A DNA stretch of 64,000 bases, taken from contig JAIVFI010000010.1 of assembly GCA_025558095.1 (NCBI GenBank), positions 620,001 through 684,000 on the forward strand, in the 5' to 3' direction. The DNA comes from Hyaloraphidium curvatum SAG 235-1. Lineage: Eukaryota > Fungi > Monoblepharomycota. The position numbers and the translations under genes were made by a program. Shown piece after piece: positions 21,821 through 33,510 of the stretch; within the stretch, counting starts at the first letter, position 1; the number at the start of each line of letters is the position of its first letter. The notes under the pieces are model-generated. The model ran no database searches. It saw only the letters and a list, made by a program, of their open reading frames with translations, and had not been told where the DNA came from.

Positions 21821-23901
21821 TGAAACAGCAAGCCTCGCGGCTCCTCTCATCACTCGCATCGCACCGCACCGGCCGAACCGCTTGCCGCCATGCCGCGCCG
21901 CGCCCGCAACTCGTACCTCTCTGCCGCGATGGCCCCGCAGCCCGCCGTGCCGCAGTCCAAGCCGCTGCCCGGCCGCGAAATGGTCGAGAACAACGCCGGC
22001 GGCTTCGTCTTTGCGGCCTCGGACCAGGCCAAGCTCGAGCGGTTCCTCGTCCTCGGTACCGAGAAGGTACGTTCACAACGACCTGCTAACCTGGATATGG
22101 CTGACGCTGCATTCGCACGCAGGGCTCGTACTACGCCACCGAGAAGGCCCTCACCGTGCTGTCGGCCAACCACCTCGTCGCCATGATCGCCTCTGGCCGC
22201 GGAAAGGACGTCGTCGCCACCGTCGCCGACTTTTCGCTGCGCAGCCGCACGCCCAAGCAGGACACGCTGGTGTTTGCCCTGGCCGCGGCCATCAAGCTCG
22301 GCGACGACGACACCCGCGCCGCCGCCTACGCCGCCGTGCCCCAGGTGTGCCGCATCCCGACCACGCTCTTCCAGCTGTTCGAGTTCGAGAAGCTTTTCGG
22401 CGACAAGAAGCCCACCTGGGGCGCCGGCATGCGCCGCGCCGTCGCCGGCTGGTACCTCGGCAAGCCCGCCATGGACCTCGCCTACACCACGTCCAAGTAC
22501 AAGTCGCGCAACGACTGGACGAGCCGCGACGTGCTGCGCTGCGTGCACCTCAAGGTCCCCGGCGGCGCCGACGAGAACAGGCCCGCTGCGCAGCCCGAGG
22601 CCGCCGTCGCGCCCGAGACTGCCGCCCAGCCCGAGACCGGCAAGACCGCCAAGCGCCTGCAGACCCCGGCCAAGCCCCTGCCTCCGATTGCCAGCGCTCG
22701 CGACCTCGTGCTCCGCTACATCGTCCGCGGCCGCGACGGCGTCAAGGGCGAGCTCGAGCGCATCCTCGCCTCCTCGGACGACATGGACACGGACGCTCCC
22801 CCTCCCCCGGCGCCGATCGCCGACGACGACGACTTCGAGATGGTGCCGATGCCCGCCTCGGAGGCGCCTGCCGGCAACGCCTCCACCCCCGCCCCGGCCA
22901 AGGACGCAGCCGAGCTCCGCCGTGTCGCCGCTTTCATCTCCGCGCTCGAGGACATGGCCGCGCTGGGCCTCAAGCAGGGCGAGCCCGCCGACGAGGACGT
23001 TGCCCGCGCGGCCGAGCTCATCCGCCGGTTCCGCCTCGCCCGCGAGCACGTGCCGACCTCCTTCCTCAACTCGCCCGAGATCTGGCGCGCTCTGCTCGCG
23101 ATCGGCATGCCCATGACGGCCATGATCCGCAACCTCGGCAAGATGACTTCGGTCGGCCTGCTCGAGCCCCTGTCGGACGAGTCGGACTCGGTGTGCCGCG
23201 CGCTCGCCTCCCGCGACGCCATCCGCAAGGCCCGTGTGCACCCGTTCAGCATCCTGCTGGCGATGGAGACCTACCGCGCCGGCCGCGGGGTGCGCGGGTC
23301 GCTGTCGTGGGACCCGGACGAGCGCATCGTGGACTCGCTGTCGGCGGCGTTCGACCTGGCGTTCGAGAACGTGGAGCCGACGGGCAAGAAGTTCCTCGTC
23401 GGCATCGACGTGTCGGGCTCCATGTCGTCGCCGATCGCGGGCTCGTCCATCAGCTCGCGGACGGCGGCGAGCGCGATCGCCCTCGCGCTCGTGCGCAGCG
23501 AGCAGCAGGTGCACACCATGGCGTTCTGCGACACCTTCACGCCCTTCCCCATCGGCAAGCACGAGCGGCTCGACGCCGTCGTCGACAGGAGCGACGGCAT
23601 GCCGTTCGGCGGCACTGACTGCGCCCTGCCCATGACCTACGCACTCGAGAAGCGGCTCGAGGTCGACGTTTTCGTCGTGCTCACCGACAACGAGACGTGG
23701 TTCGGCAGGATCCACCCCTCCGAGGCCCTCCGTCGGTACCGCGCCGGCATGGGCCGCCCGCACGCTAAGCTCGCGGTGGCGGCGTTCGCGGTCAACGACT
23801 TCACGATCGCGGACCCGGAGGACCTGGGGATGCTGGACATTGTCGGCCTGGACGCCTCGATCCCGGTGGTGCTCCGCGATTTTGTCCTGCGGGAGGGGTG
23901 A
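21749..23901. repeat. Right arm of the inverted duplication (partner 9695-11843)
   Basis: Differs from the left arm by a 4 nt insertion and 2 substitutions upstream of the ATG, and by 6 synonymous substitutions at 23613-23880. Confidence 0.97.
21890..23901 (+). CDS. RO60: Ro60/TROVE-vWA RNA-binding protein, copy 2 (protein identical to copy 1)
   Basis: Same motifs as copy 1. Intron 22067-22122. About 651 aa from the first ATG. Confidence 0.95.
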
Positions 23902-24165
23902 GCAGTGCTGCGGACGGCGGGGGGTTGGTGGCCTCGGGCAAGATTGGAACACTCTGGACACTCTGAAACTCGGATTTGCAACTTTTCGATCATTGTACCT
24001 TTGGTTCTGTGTCTGAATACCGCTGTTTCGCGCAGCAGACGCAGTGGGATTCGCGGGAAGCCATCGATCAGTCGTCCCCGCGTCCGGCTTGATTGGGCGT
24101 TGTTCCCCAGGTTCTCCCCCAGAATGCCCCTCCGCCTGGACTTGTTCGGCCTTTTGGGAACAGAA

Positions 24166-24867
24166 ATGTCGGCCCTCATTGCGGCGCGATGCAGCCCTGC
24201 CGCGGGACCGCGCTTCGGAGCTCTCCATGTCGCGCGATTCGCGTGCGCGGGGACGGGTTGTCGGACCAGGAACCCTGCGCCCCCTCGGGACGTGCCGTGC
24301 CGCGGCTTCTCGTCATCGCGCCCTTTGGCCCAGCGACATCGTACTCATGGCTTGGAACGCATGCCGCACCGGTCTCCCTACGACGTGCTCGCGGTCCCGC
24401 ACTCGGCGACCCAGGCGGAGATCAAAGCCGTTTATCGCGCCCTCGCGATGCGCTTGCACCCGGACCGGCATGCCCACGAGGTTTCTTCCATGAGCAGGGA
24501 CGAACGAACGCGGCGGTTCAAGGAGGTTTCGGAGGCCTACGCCTTCCTGTCGGAGAAGCGGGCCCTGGTGGACGCGCACTTTCTGCGGAGACCGATACCG
24601 CAGCCGACCTTTTACTACCATGATGTCGAGGATCCGACGGTTTGGCGCGGACCTAGGCCGGGCTGGACGTACTCGCCGGCCGCAAAGAAGTGGAGGATGA
24701 GATTCTGGATCGCGAAGTTCTTGGTGGTCGGGTTCCTGGCCTGGGGCACTATCGTGGGCAACATGTCCAACGTCAGTCGCCGGAAACAGGCGATGAGGCG
24801 CAGGAGGCAGGCAGCACAGGCGTCGCAGAAGGGCCAGCAGGTGCCGTCGGCGGCACCTTCCGAGTAG
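24166..24867 (+). CDS. DnaJ-domain protein, probably mitochondrial membrane
   Basis: PYDVLAV...EIKAVYRALAMRLHPD...FKEVSEAYAFLS, a C-terminal TM helix and an Arg-rich presequence. Start uncertain. Confidence 0.85.
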   Translation: MSALIAARCSPAAGPRFGALHVARFACAGTGCRTRNPAPPRDVPCRGFSSSRPLAQRHRTHGLERMPHRSPYDVLAVPHSATQAEIKAVYRALAMRLHPDRHAHEVSSMSRDERTRRFKEVSEAYAFLSEKRALVDAHFLRRPIPQPTFYYHDVEDPTVWRGPRPGWTYSPAAKKWRMRFWIAKFLVVGFLAWGTIVGNMSNVSRRKQAMRRRRQAAQASQKGQQVPSAAPSE

Positions 24868-25036
24868 ATTCTCTGGAACGCTCATGTCGGGGAGCTCAAT
24901 ACGGAATCAACAGCCATCGGCGCGCTACAACCGGAAGAATGGGATTGATGTAGTCTTCACTGACTCTGAAACGTTGACACAGATCACTTTGCGGATGGCC
25001 GAGATCTCGAATCCCCGGCGCACCGAATCGTCCAGC

Positions 25037-25812
25037 CTACATAAGGCGCTCCCAGCCTTCGAACCAATCGCAAGGAGCAACGTTCTTGCCAGTGACGTTG
25101 ATTTCGACGGCTTCGCCGACGGCCTCGCGCACTCCAGCGAGGTCGAAGTCCCCTTCCCCAACCACGACAAGCTCTTGGAGTGCCGGGGCGGAGAACCCGG
25201 CAAAGACATCGCCAGCCGGCATGGGTGCGGCATCCGTCGCCCCAACATAACGCATGATTCGTTCGCGCCCCGTCTTTGCGATTTGGAGACTCCTGAGGCC
25301 CGAAAACGTGCCCCGAAGGCTGAACTTCGCGCCAACTCGGTCCACCACGACACTTTCGAGACTCGGGCCGATCATGTCAGAGACAAGCCCAAGCATGGCT
25401 CCGGTACGAAGCTCCACTGTGTCATAGTTCATCCAGTGGCTCGTGAGACGACCGATTTGTAGCTTCCGGATGCGAGCACGGTGCTCTGGGCGCTTTGCCG
25501 TAAGAGAATAGACCACGAGAACGTTCTGGTAGCGGTCATCGGAAAGTGACGAAAGAGGCAATGTTTCACAGGCGACATCGCTGGGAACGCGGTAAAGTCG
25601 TCCGCAGCTGATCCGATGAAATGACCGTCTCCGCCCTGACGGACTCGAAGACGTGCTGGTCCAGGCGTTCCCGCGGGAGCAGCTGGATGGAGAGGCGGAG
25701 CTCCTCGTCCGGCGTGAGCGCCCGCTGGGCCGCTGCCGCCGGGGATGCGACGCGTCCCCGGGTTGTGTCCATTGGCGCCCTCGGGAACTTTCGTCTTCTT
25801 CTTGGGCGGCAT
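25037..25812 (-). CDS. Hypothetical protein with weak LRR-like periodicity
   Basis: MPPKKK start and protein-like C-terminal part (LRSLQI, PALQELVV). Exon structure unresolved. Confidence 0.4.
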
Positions 25813-25967
25813 CTTGGCTCTGCCGGGGGTTCTGTTGCAGGGACGAGGGGATCAAGCCGTGCGCGCGCCGCCCACGCCGGGTGTGGCCAATCCAACCGAG
25901 CCAACCCCACGCACTTCGCGTCCGTCCGCCCCTCCGCCCCATCGTCGACGCCAATCCCATTTCCAGA

Positions 25968-28024
25968 ATGTCGGGCAAAGGCCGCAAAGTCTACGTCGTC
26001 GGCGTCGGGATGACCAAGTACGGTTCTTCCGGCATTTGGGAGACACCGCCCGGCCTCTTTCTGGCCGCTTTACTCGGGGCTCCCAGCGCTTTACTCGGGG
26101 CTCCCAGCGCTTTACTCGGGGCTCCCAACGCTCTTTTTTGCTTTGGCCCTCTCACCCGCCCTTCCCGCCCGCAGGTTCGAGAAGCCCGGCGCCCGCGAGG
26201 GCGCCAACTACTACGACTATGCGCTGGAAGCCACCACCAAGGCCCTGCTCGACGCGGGGGTGACGTACGACAAGGTCGAGTTCGCCGCGGTCGGGTTCTG
26301 CTTCGGCGGGACGGGGCAGGGGCAGAGGGCGCTCTACCAGCTTGGGCTGACTCAGGTAAAGTTCTGCTCCGTGTACGACCTTGCGGTGCTGACCCTTCCT
26401 CGCCGGATGGCAGATCCCTGTAGTCAACACCAATAACGCCTGCGCCACCGGGTCCACCGCTCTCTACCTGGCCCGCAGCCAGGTCGAAGGCGGGCTGTAC
26501 GACTGCGTGCTCGCGCTCGGGTTCGACAAGATGCAGCGCGGGCCTCTCGGCGGTGCCACCCCCAACGTGGACGACGGGAACCCGATGGCGCCGCACATGG
26601 CCAGGATGAAGGTGGAGAACCGCCAGCTGAACCCTCAGATGGTATTCTTCGTTTCGCGCAGCTTCGGATGGGGGAATGCCTTGCTGAGCTCCGACCCCTC
26701 CGCACGCACCGACGCCTCCACATCCACCGACGCCTCCGTCCGCACCTCGCTGTCTACTTCTCCAACCCAACCCTCCCGTCTTCCACTACCTCATCTACAG
26801 TTTGTCAGTATGCCGCTCTGCTTGCCCCGGGGACGAGCCTAACGGACGGATTTCGCAGGGCAACGCCGGCCTCGAGTACGTCAAGAAGTACGAGAACAAG
26901 GGCGCCTCGACCCGGCACTTCAACATGATCGCCGCCAAGAACCACCGCCACTCGGCCAACAACCCGTACTCGCAGGTTGGCCCCTCCCTGTCGCGCAGCT
27001 CCGCCGGTGCTCACCGAACCCCCCGGGGACGGGCAGTTCCGCGACGTCTACACGGAAGAACAAGTCGCCGAATCCCGCGAGATCTACGGCCCCCTGCGCT
27101 TCCTAGCCGTTGGTGCTCCCGCGCGAGTTCCGCGCGCGGTTCCTCAACGAAATCCGCCCGATCCCGTCGACAGTGCTGCCCCACCAGTGATGGCGCCGGC
27201 GCCGCCGTCCTCGCATCGGAGGACTTTGTCAAGGCGCACAACCTGCAGGCCCAGGCGGTCGAGATCTGCGCGCAGGTCCTGGCCACCGACTCGGGCCGCG
27301 CGCTGATCGACACGGACCGGAGCGCGATCGAGCTCGTCGGCGCCGACATGGCGCGGAGGGCGGCGAGGGATGCGTACAGGATCGCGGGGGTGAAGCCGGA
27401 GCAGATCGGGGTGGTGGAGCTGCACGACTGCTTCGCTCCCAACGGTGCGTCCGCGTGCCGCGCCCCGCGGGTATCGCGGAAAGGCTGACGGCGACCCGCG
27501 TCGTGCAGAGCTCATCACCTACGACGCGATCCAGATCGCCAAGGAGGGCGAGGGCCACCTCCGCCTGGAGCGCGGGGACTACACTTTCGGAGGCAACGGG
27601 CCCGTGGTCAACCCCTCGGGCGGGCTCATCTCCAAGGGGCACCCGCTCGGCGCCACGGGGCTGGCCCAGCTGTGCGAGCTGACCTGGCAGCTGAGGGGGT
27701 GGTGCGGGCCGAGGCAGATTCCCAACCTCACCCACGGTGCGTCCCTTACGCCGTGTTGCGAGCCAAGGCCTGCCGGATTGCACGTGCTGACGTTTCGCCG
27801 CAGCCCTGCAGCACAACGTTGGCCTGGGCGGCGCCGTCGTCGTCGGCATCTACAAGAAGGCCTTCCCCGAGCTCAAGTGCGACCCCTCCGCGCGCTGGTC
27901 TTACAATCCCGCGGTGGAAGCCAGGAGGATCAGCGAGGCCGACATCAAGAAGGTGATCGCGTCGACCGGGGGGCTGGCGGGGAGCAAGGACGGGGTGGAC
28001 CCGGCGGTCGCTGCCAAGCTCTAG
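25968..28024 (+). CDS. SCP2-type (SCPx-like) peroxisomal thiolase
   Basis: [64 protein letters not shown] and QHNVGLGG. Ends in AKL (PTS1). About 7 introns. Confidence 0.93.
26066..26132. repeat. Minisatellite of 3 x 21 bp (CGCTTTACTCGGGGCTCCCAG) in thiolase intron 1
   Basis: Direct reading of the sequence. Confidence 0.9.
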
Positions 28025-28233
28025 ATTGGAGGCTAAAGGGGCAGGAAAACAAGTGTCGATGTGAATCCATGTGGATATCAAGTGGTCTCTGTGTTGCATC
28101 CGAGCTGCATCCGTGCGGATTGGTGTGGGAGCGAACTCGATTTTCGGAGGCTGCGTTGATCGATGGTTGGTGGCTCCATCGATCAACTCGCAAAGAGACC
28201 TCAATCAGGACCCAACCACTGACGACGAACAAC

Positions 28234-30952
28234 ATGTCAGTCGTGCCCGGTACGCCGCACACGGCGAATCCCGATGTCGGCGAAGGCGGCGGCGTGCCGC
28301 GCGGGGGGCGGCGGCGGCCAGCGCCCACGCCCAAGGTCGCAGACTTTGGATGGGACGAGGCCGACGCCGAGGAGGTCCGGCAGATGGCCGAGCGGCACCG
28401 GGGCGGCGCGGCGCCGTCGCACCGCGCGGAAAACCCGATGCCGCGGAGGGCGGAGAATGGCCGGGCCGGAGAGGGAGGGATGCAGGAGGAGGGCGCGCAG
28501 AGCCCGCTCCCGTCGCCTCCGCTCAGTGTGACCGAACGCCCCGTCGGGCCCCCGCAGAGCGCAGATCTGCGCGCGGGCGAGCTGCATGCGGGGGGCGCGC
28601 AGCCGGGGGCGCCGCAGACGGGCCCGGGCAGCCCGCGGGAGCGCTCCCCCGCGCCGGGCTCGCCCCCCGACGGCCCGCGCTGGTGGGACGGCGGCCACGA
28701 CTGGAGGGACCCGGGCTCGGACCCCGCCCCGCGCGCGCTCGAGGCGTCGATCGGCCAGCTGCAGTCGCTCGTCGATTACGACCACCGGCTGATGGAGATG
28801 GAGATGGACGCGCCGCACCTGGCTCGCCGGGCACGCAGGCAGCCGCAGCTGGCCAGATCAACAAAGCGCCGCCGCATCGCATCGCCGGACCGCCGGTTGC
28901 AGCTGCCGGATGCCGCCGATGGGCACGATGGGCGCACCAGGCGCGCAGCAAATGACTCGTCGTCCCCCCTGCCGCCGCCGTTCGGCGCGAGGGACAAGGG
29001 CAAAGGAAGGGCCGACCCCGCAAGCCCGCCTGCCGCACCGCTCGACGCGCCCGCATCGGATTCCGACTCGGACTCGACGGCCCCGCTGACGCAGCGCAGG
29101 CGCCGTGCTCCGCGGCCGCAGGACCCTCCCCCCCCGCCGGCCGCGGACGACGGCGACAGCTCCACGACGGAAGAGATCCCCGCCTCGCGCAGGCGCCGCG
29201 TGCATCGCCCGCCGCCGTCGATCGAGATCCCGTCGGACGACGAGGACGAGATCGCCCTCGCGGAGAGGCACGGCGACCGGCACAGGAGGCGCCTGGCCTT
29301 TTTCTCCGATCCCGCGCCGGCAGCCGCGCTTCCCGCCCCGCCCGGCTCCCGCCCCGTGGCCTCGCGCCGCGGCATCCACGCCGGATCGTCGCGCGACGAG
29401 GGCCGCCGCAGGCTGCTCCCCACCTTCTCCCCCGAAATCATCGGCCGCAACCGCCGCACCGCCGCCCCCACCGTCAACCTCACATCTGCCCCGCCGCACG
29501 AAGTCGAGGACCTCACCTCCCCCCCGCTGCCCCCCCACGACTCGGACGACCTCGTCATCCTCGACGAACGCAGCCCCAGCCCCCCGTCTTCGAGGCGGCG
29601 CCCTCCCCGCCGCCGCTTTGCCCCCGCGGGGCCCGTCGTCATCTCGGACTCGGAACCGGAAAGCACCGTCACCGGCCCGTCGGCCTCGGACACCGATTCC
29701 CGGCGCCGCGGCGGTTTGTCGGCGGCGTTCGCCCCCGCTGGCCGCTTCTCCCGGCGCGACCCGCCGCCTCCCCCCCGCGGCACCGACCCCACCTCCTCCG
29801 ACGCACTCCGCATGGCCCGCCTCCGCGAGGCCCGCATGCGGCCCCCCGGGGAGCGCGTGGTGCTGGTGGAGAGCGACGACGAGCTGGAGGCGGATCTGGA
29901 CCGGATCCGCGGGGCGGGGAGGGAGGGGAGCGACGAGGAGCTGGCGAGGAGGCTGCAGGAGGAGGAGTACGCGAGGAACGCGGGGGGAATCAGGTTGGGG
30001 GGGCCGATGGCGCCGCCGTTTGGGGTGGAGGCGGTGAGTTTTTCTGTTGTGCGCTGGCGGCCACGTCGCTGACGTACTTTTTTTCTTTGCAGCCGTACCA
30101 CCCTTACGTGCCCCCACCGCCGCCGCAGCGCCGCTCCCGCGCCGCACGTACCTCCCGCACCGCGCGCAACCAGCGCCAGCAGCACCAGCCCACCCTCCCC
30201 TTCGGCCGCCCCCCCGGGCCCCCGCCGGGCATCCTGTCCTTCCGCCCCTCGTCCGGCGGCGCGTTCGCCTCGCTGTACCACAGCCTCTTCTTCGGCGGGC
30301 CCGACAGCGTAGCGAGCAACCCCGCCAACTACCTCCCCGACCGCGCGCTCGAGAACGCGTCCTACGAATCCCTCCTCGCCCTTTCGGAGAGGATCGGGAC
30401 CGCGGTGCCCCGGACGCTGGACCGCGCGGCCGTGGGCGCGCTGCCGCGGAGGATGAGGAGGGAGGAGGAGCGGCAGTGCTCCATCTGCATGGACGACTTC
30501 GAGGACGACGGGGGGATGCTGACGAGCTTGCCAGAGTGCGACCACGGGTTCCATCCGGACTGCATAGGGACGTGGTTGAGCGAGGGAAACGCGAATTGTC
30601 CCATGTGGGTGCACTTGGACCGTTCGTCGCTATCTCGTCGCTGACATCAAGGTTCTCATTCGCCCACAGCTGCCGCAAGAAGGTCTCGGACCCCAACTCG
30701 GCTCCTCCCGGCGCCACCGACAGCCCGCCCCCGCGCCCGCCGCGGCGCCGCGAACCGCAGCGCCCCCGCGGCTCGCGCTTCAACGTCGGCGCGGCGCGCG
30801 GTGGCGGCGGCCCGATCGTGCTCGAGGATGAGCGGCCAAGCAGAAGCAGAGGCCGGACGCTGGGGGAGGCGCCGCGGGACCGCGACTACGGGCGGGACGG
30901 GTGGAGGAGGTCGGACAGGGGGCCGGAGCCGGATCCGGATGCGCTGCTGTGA
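28234..30952 (+). CDS. RING-H2 E3 ligase with multiple SIM-like motifs and a MIU-like motif
   Basis: [13 protein letters not shown] and CSICMDDF...[17 protein letters not shown]...CPMC (spliced). Long disordered N-terminus. Introns ~30034-30092 and ~30607-30669. Confidence 0.88.
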
Positions 30953-31023
30953 TGCCTCGCCGCGTGCTGGAAGGAGAAAGATGTATCGGCCGAATGTACG
31001 AGACGGTCCCCATCCGTTCGTTT

Positions 31024-32501
31024 TCACTTCGACACGCCGTACTTTTCCGGGTTCTTCTCGACCTCCTCCCGCGACACCATGTCCGCGCCCACCTCCTCCG
31101 AATACTTCCTGTCCACGGCCTCGATGTACCACGGCACGTTGACGAACTCGCCCTTCCTGCTCACCCCGCCCGTGAGGTCGAGCACGTACTGGTCCCACCC
31201 CTGCGCGCCCTTGCGCCGCGGCATGCGGTCGTTGGGCTCGATCCGGTAGAACACGTGGTACGAGCGGATGCCGGTGGCGTCGGGGAGCATGGGCGCGCGG
31301 GCGAGGGTGGCGGAGCGGTTGTGCACGAGCGCCTGGAGGAGGGCGGGGCGGAGGGAGGAGGTGGGGGACTGGAGGGAGGGGCATTCCGAGGCGTGGAAGG
31401 CCTTCCAGTCGGTGGCTTGGCATTGCTTGGAGCTGTTGGCGGCCGGTCAGCGGGATCGAGATGGATCCGCGACGGGACGAACCAGTAGACGGGCACGAGG
31501 CAGCCGGCGCAGCGGCTCAGCTTCTGCGCGTTGACGTCCAGCACGCACGTGCGGCACCAGAAGCACTGGCTGCGGAGCACGATGCAGCCGTCGTTGTCGC
31601 CCTTGGTCCCGATGGGGATGCCGAGCTTGTCCCAGGGCGGGCTCGATGCCAGCTTGGCGATCTCCTCCTCCGTCTCGGCGGCCAGGTCAAACTCGGAAGA
31701 GTCCCACTCGGGGGAGATCTTGCCTCCGTCGGCGCGGAAGGCAAAGTGCACGGGGAAGACGATGTCGCCCGAGTCGTCCACCTCGACAAACTCGCCGTTG
31801 GGCTGCTTGACCTTCTTCATGCCCACCTGGGGCGCGGTCGAGTACACCCAGGCGTTGCAGCGCAGGTTTGTGGTCAGGGCAAAGTTGAGGAAGGCCAGGA
31901 TGTCGGTGGTGGGGGTCGGCAGCTCGCGGAACACCTCGCCGATCCGCTCCTGCTGGTGCGACAGCAGCAGCTCCCAGATCTTCTTGCGGGCCACGATGAG
32001 CTGCTGCAGCACCGACGGCGGCAGCGGGCTGATGGCGAAGCGCATGCACTGCGAAAGCAGCGCGGCCGTCAGCGACACTTTGGGCTTCTTGGCCTTGCCC
32101 GCCGCGGCCAGCTTCACGGCCGGGTGCTCCTCGGCCACCTGCTCGTCCACGAACGCGGGCAGGAACTGCGACAGCACATGGTAGTCGAGCACGAAGCCCG
32201 ACGTGTCGCCCTGCGCCGACAGCCGCGCGGCCGAGCCGTCCTTGTCGAGGTACTGCTCGCGGAACGTCGCGGCGAAGCGCGCCAGCGTCGCCTTTGCCTC
32301 GGCGGCGTCCTTCGGCACGCCGGCGAGCCAGAACGCCCGCGTGATCTGCACGTTGTCGCCGCGCGTCACGTCGAACGGCAGCTTGCCGGCCGCGGCGGGC
32401 GACACGGACGCCGCCGCGAGGCCCTCGCTGAGCGCCGCCACGTCGCCGCCGGCGGCGTCCGCGGAGCCCTTGGCCTCCTTTGCGCTGCCGCTGGAGCTCA
32501 T
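31024..32501 (-). CDS. MYND zinc finger protein
   Basis: CFWC...LSRCAGCLVPVY|CSKQCQATDWKAFHASEC across an intron near 31435-31483. Confidence 0.82.
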
Positions 32502-32634
32502 GGCGCAGATGGGGAAAGCCGCGGCGATGCGGGCGGGGGAAGTTTCGTCTCTTTTGGCAGCGGGGACAGCGCATCAACAGGAGGAACGGACACCCCCATC
32601 TCCTCCTTTTCCGCCGATATTATTCAAAGCTAGA

Positions 32635-33510
32635 ATGGACGTCGCGGTCGAAGATGCCCTTCTTGTCTTTTCCGCGGCGGCTCCGCGGCCGTCTCCCGTG
32701 TTCTTGACCGTCGAACACGCTTCGTCTCGGATTCCCGAACCATGGCCCTCTCCGTCTCCCGGCGACGCTTCATTGCTGCAACAACACTGGGGCATCGACT
32801 TGGGGGCGGAGACTTTGGCACAGGAGATTGCTGTGGCTCTGGCAGCCGCAGAAGGACCGCATTCGGGCGAAGTTCGGGGAGTTGCGGCACGATTCTCGCG
32901 GCTGCTGTGCGACGCCAACAGGAACCTGGAGGACGACGAGGCCCTGGAGATGAAGTTCAGGGCGGGCGAGATTGCTTCGCCTGGGACGATGATGAGGAGG
33001 ACCTGCGAGGACGGCAAGGTCGTCGTCGACATGAACCGTTCTCTCACTCTTTCGGATCGGAAACGGCGGATCGACACCCTCTACAGGCCCTACCACGCCG
33101 CGATCGACCGCGAGCTCGGCTCCCTCACCTCTCGACTCGCTTCTTCGGCCCATCCGATCCTCGTGCTGAGCGTGCACAGCTTTACCGACATGTACGAGGG
33201 CCGCAAGAGGACACTGGAAGTCGGCGTGCTCTACCGCGACGCGGACGACGCGGACCTTGCGGTGCTGCTCTGCGCCAAGCTCGGCGAAGCTGGTTTCCGG
33301 AGCGCGATCAACGAACCCTGGTCCGGGAAGGAGGGTTTCATGCACTCGGCGAACGCGCATGCCAGAGGGTTGGGGGAGAGGGGGAGGGCGCTGATGATCG
33401 AGGCGCGGCAGGATCTTTTGGTTGGGGACGCGGCGTGGAGGAAGCGGCTCGTCGATTGCCTGGTTGCAACGCTGGGGAACTGGTACAGCGGGCTGGATCG
33501 CGCGTCTTAG
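32635..33510 (+). CDS. N-formylglutamate amidohydrolase family protein
   Basis: TVEHAS, HWGIDLGA, FSRLLCDANR, YRPYH, SVHSFT, NEPWSG and IEARQDL. Intronless. Confidence 0.9.
   Translation: MDVAVEDALLVFSAAAPRPSPVFLTVEHASSRIPEPWPSPSPGDASLLQQHWGIDLGAETLAQEIAVALAAAEGPHSGEVRGVAARFSRLLCDANRNLEDDEALEMKFRAGEIASPGTMMRRTCEDGKVVVDMNRSLTLSDRKRRIDTLYRPYHAAIDRELGSLTSRLASSAHPILVLSVHSFTDMYEGRKRTLEVGVLYRDADDADLAVLLCAKLGEAGFRSAINEPWSGKEGFMHSANAHARGLGERGRALMIEARQDLLVGDAAWRKRLVDCLVATLGNWYSGLDRAS

Noticed and set aside
9695-23901. Composite transposon interpretation of the inverted repeat
   Set aside because: The arms are a cellular gene. There is no transposase, sharp outer terminus or TSD, and outer similarity fades gradually.
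27090-27180. Apparent frameshift in the thiolase before CCPTSDG
   Set aside because: A GT-AG intron (~27109-27173) restores PLRFLACCPTSDG.
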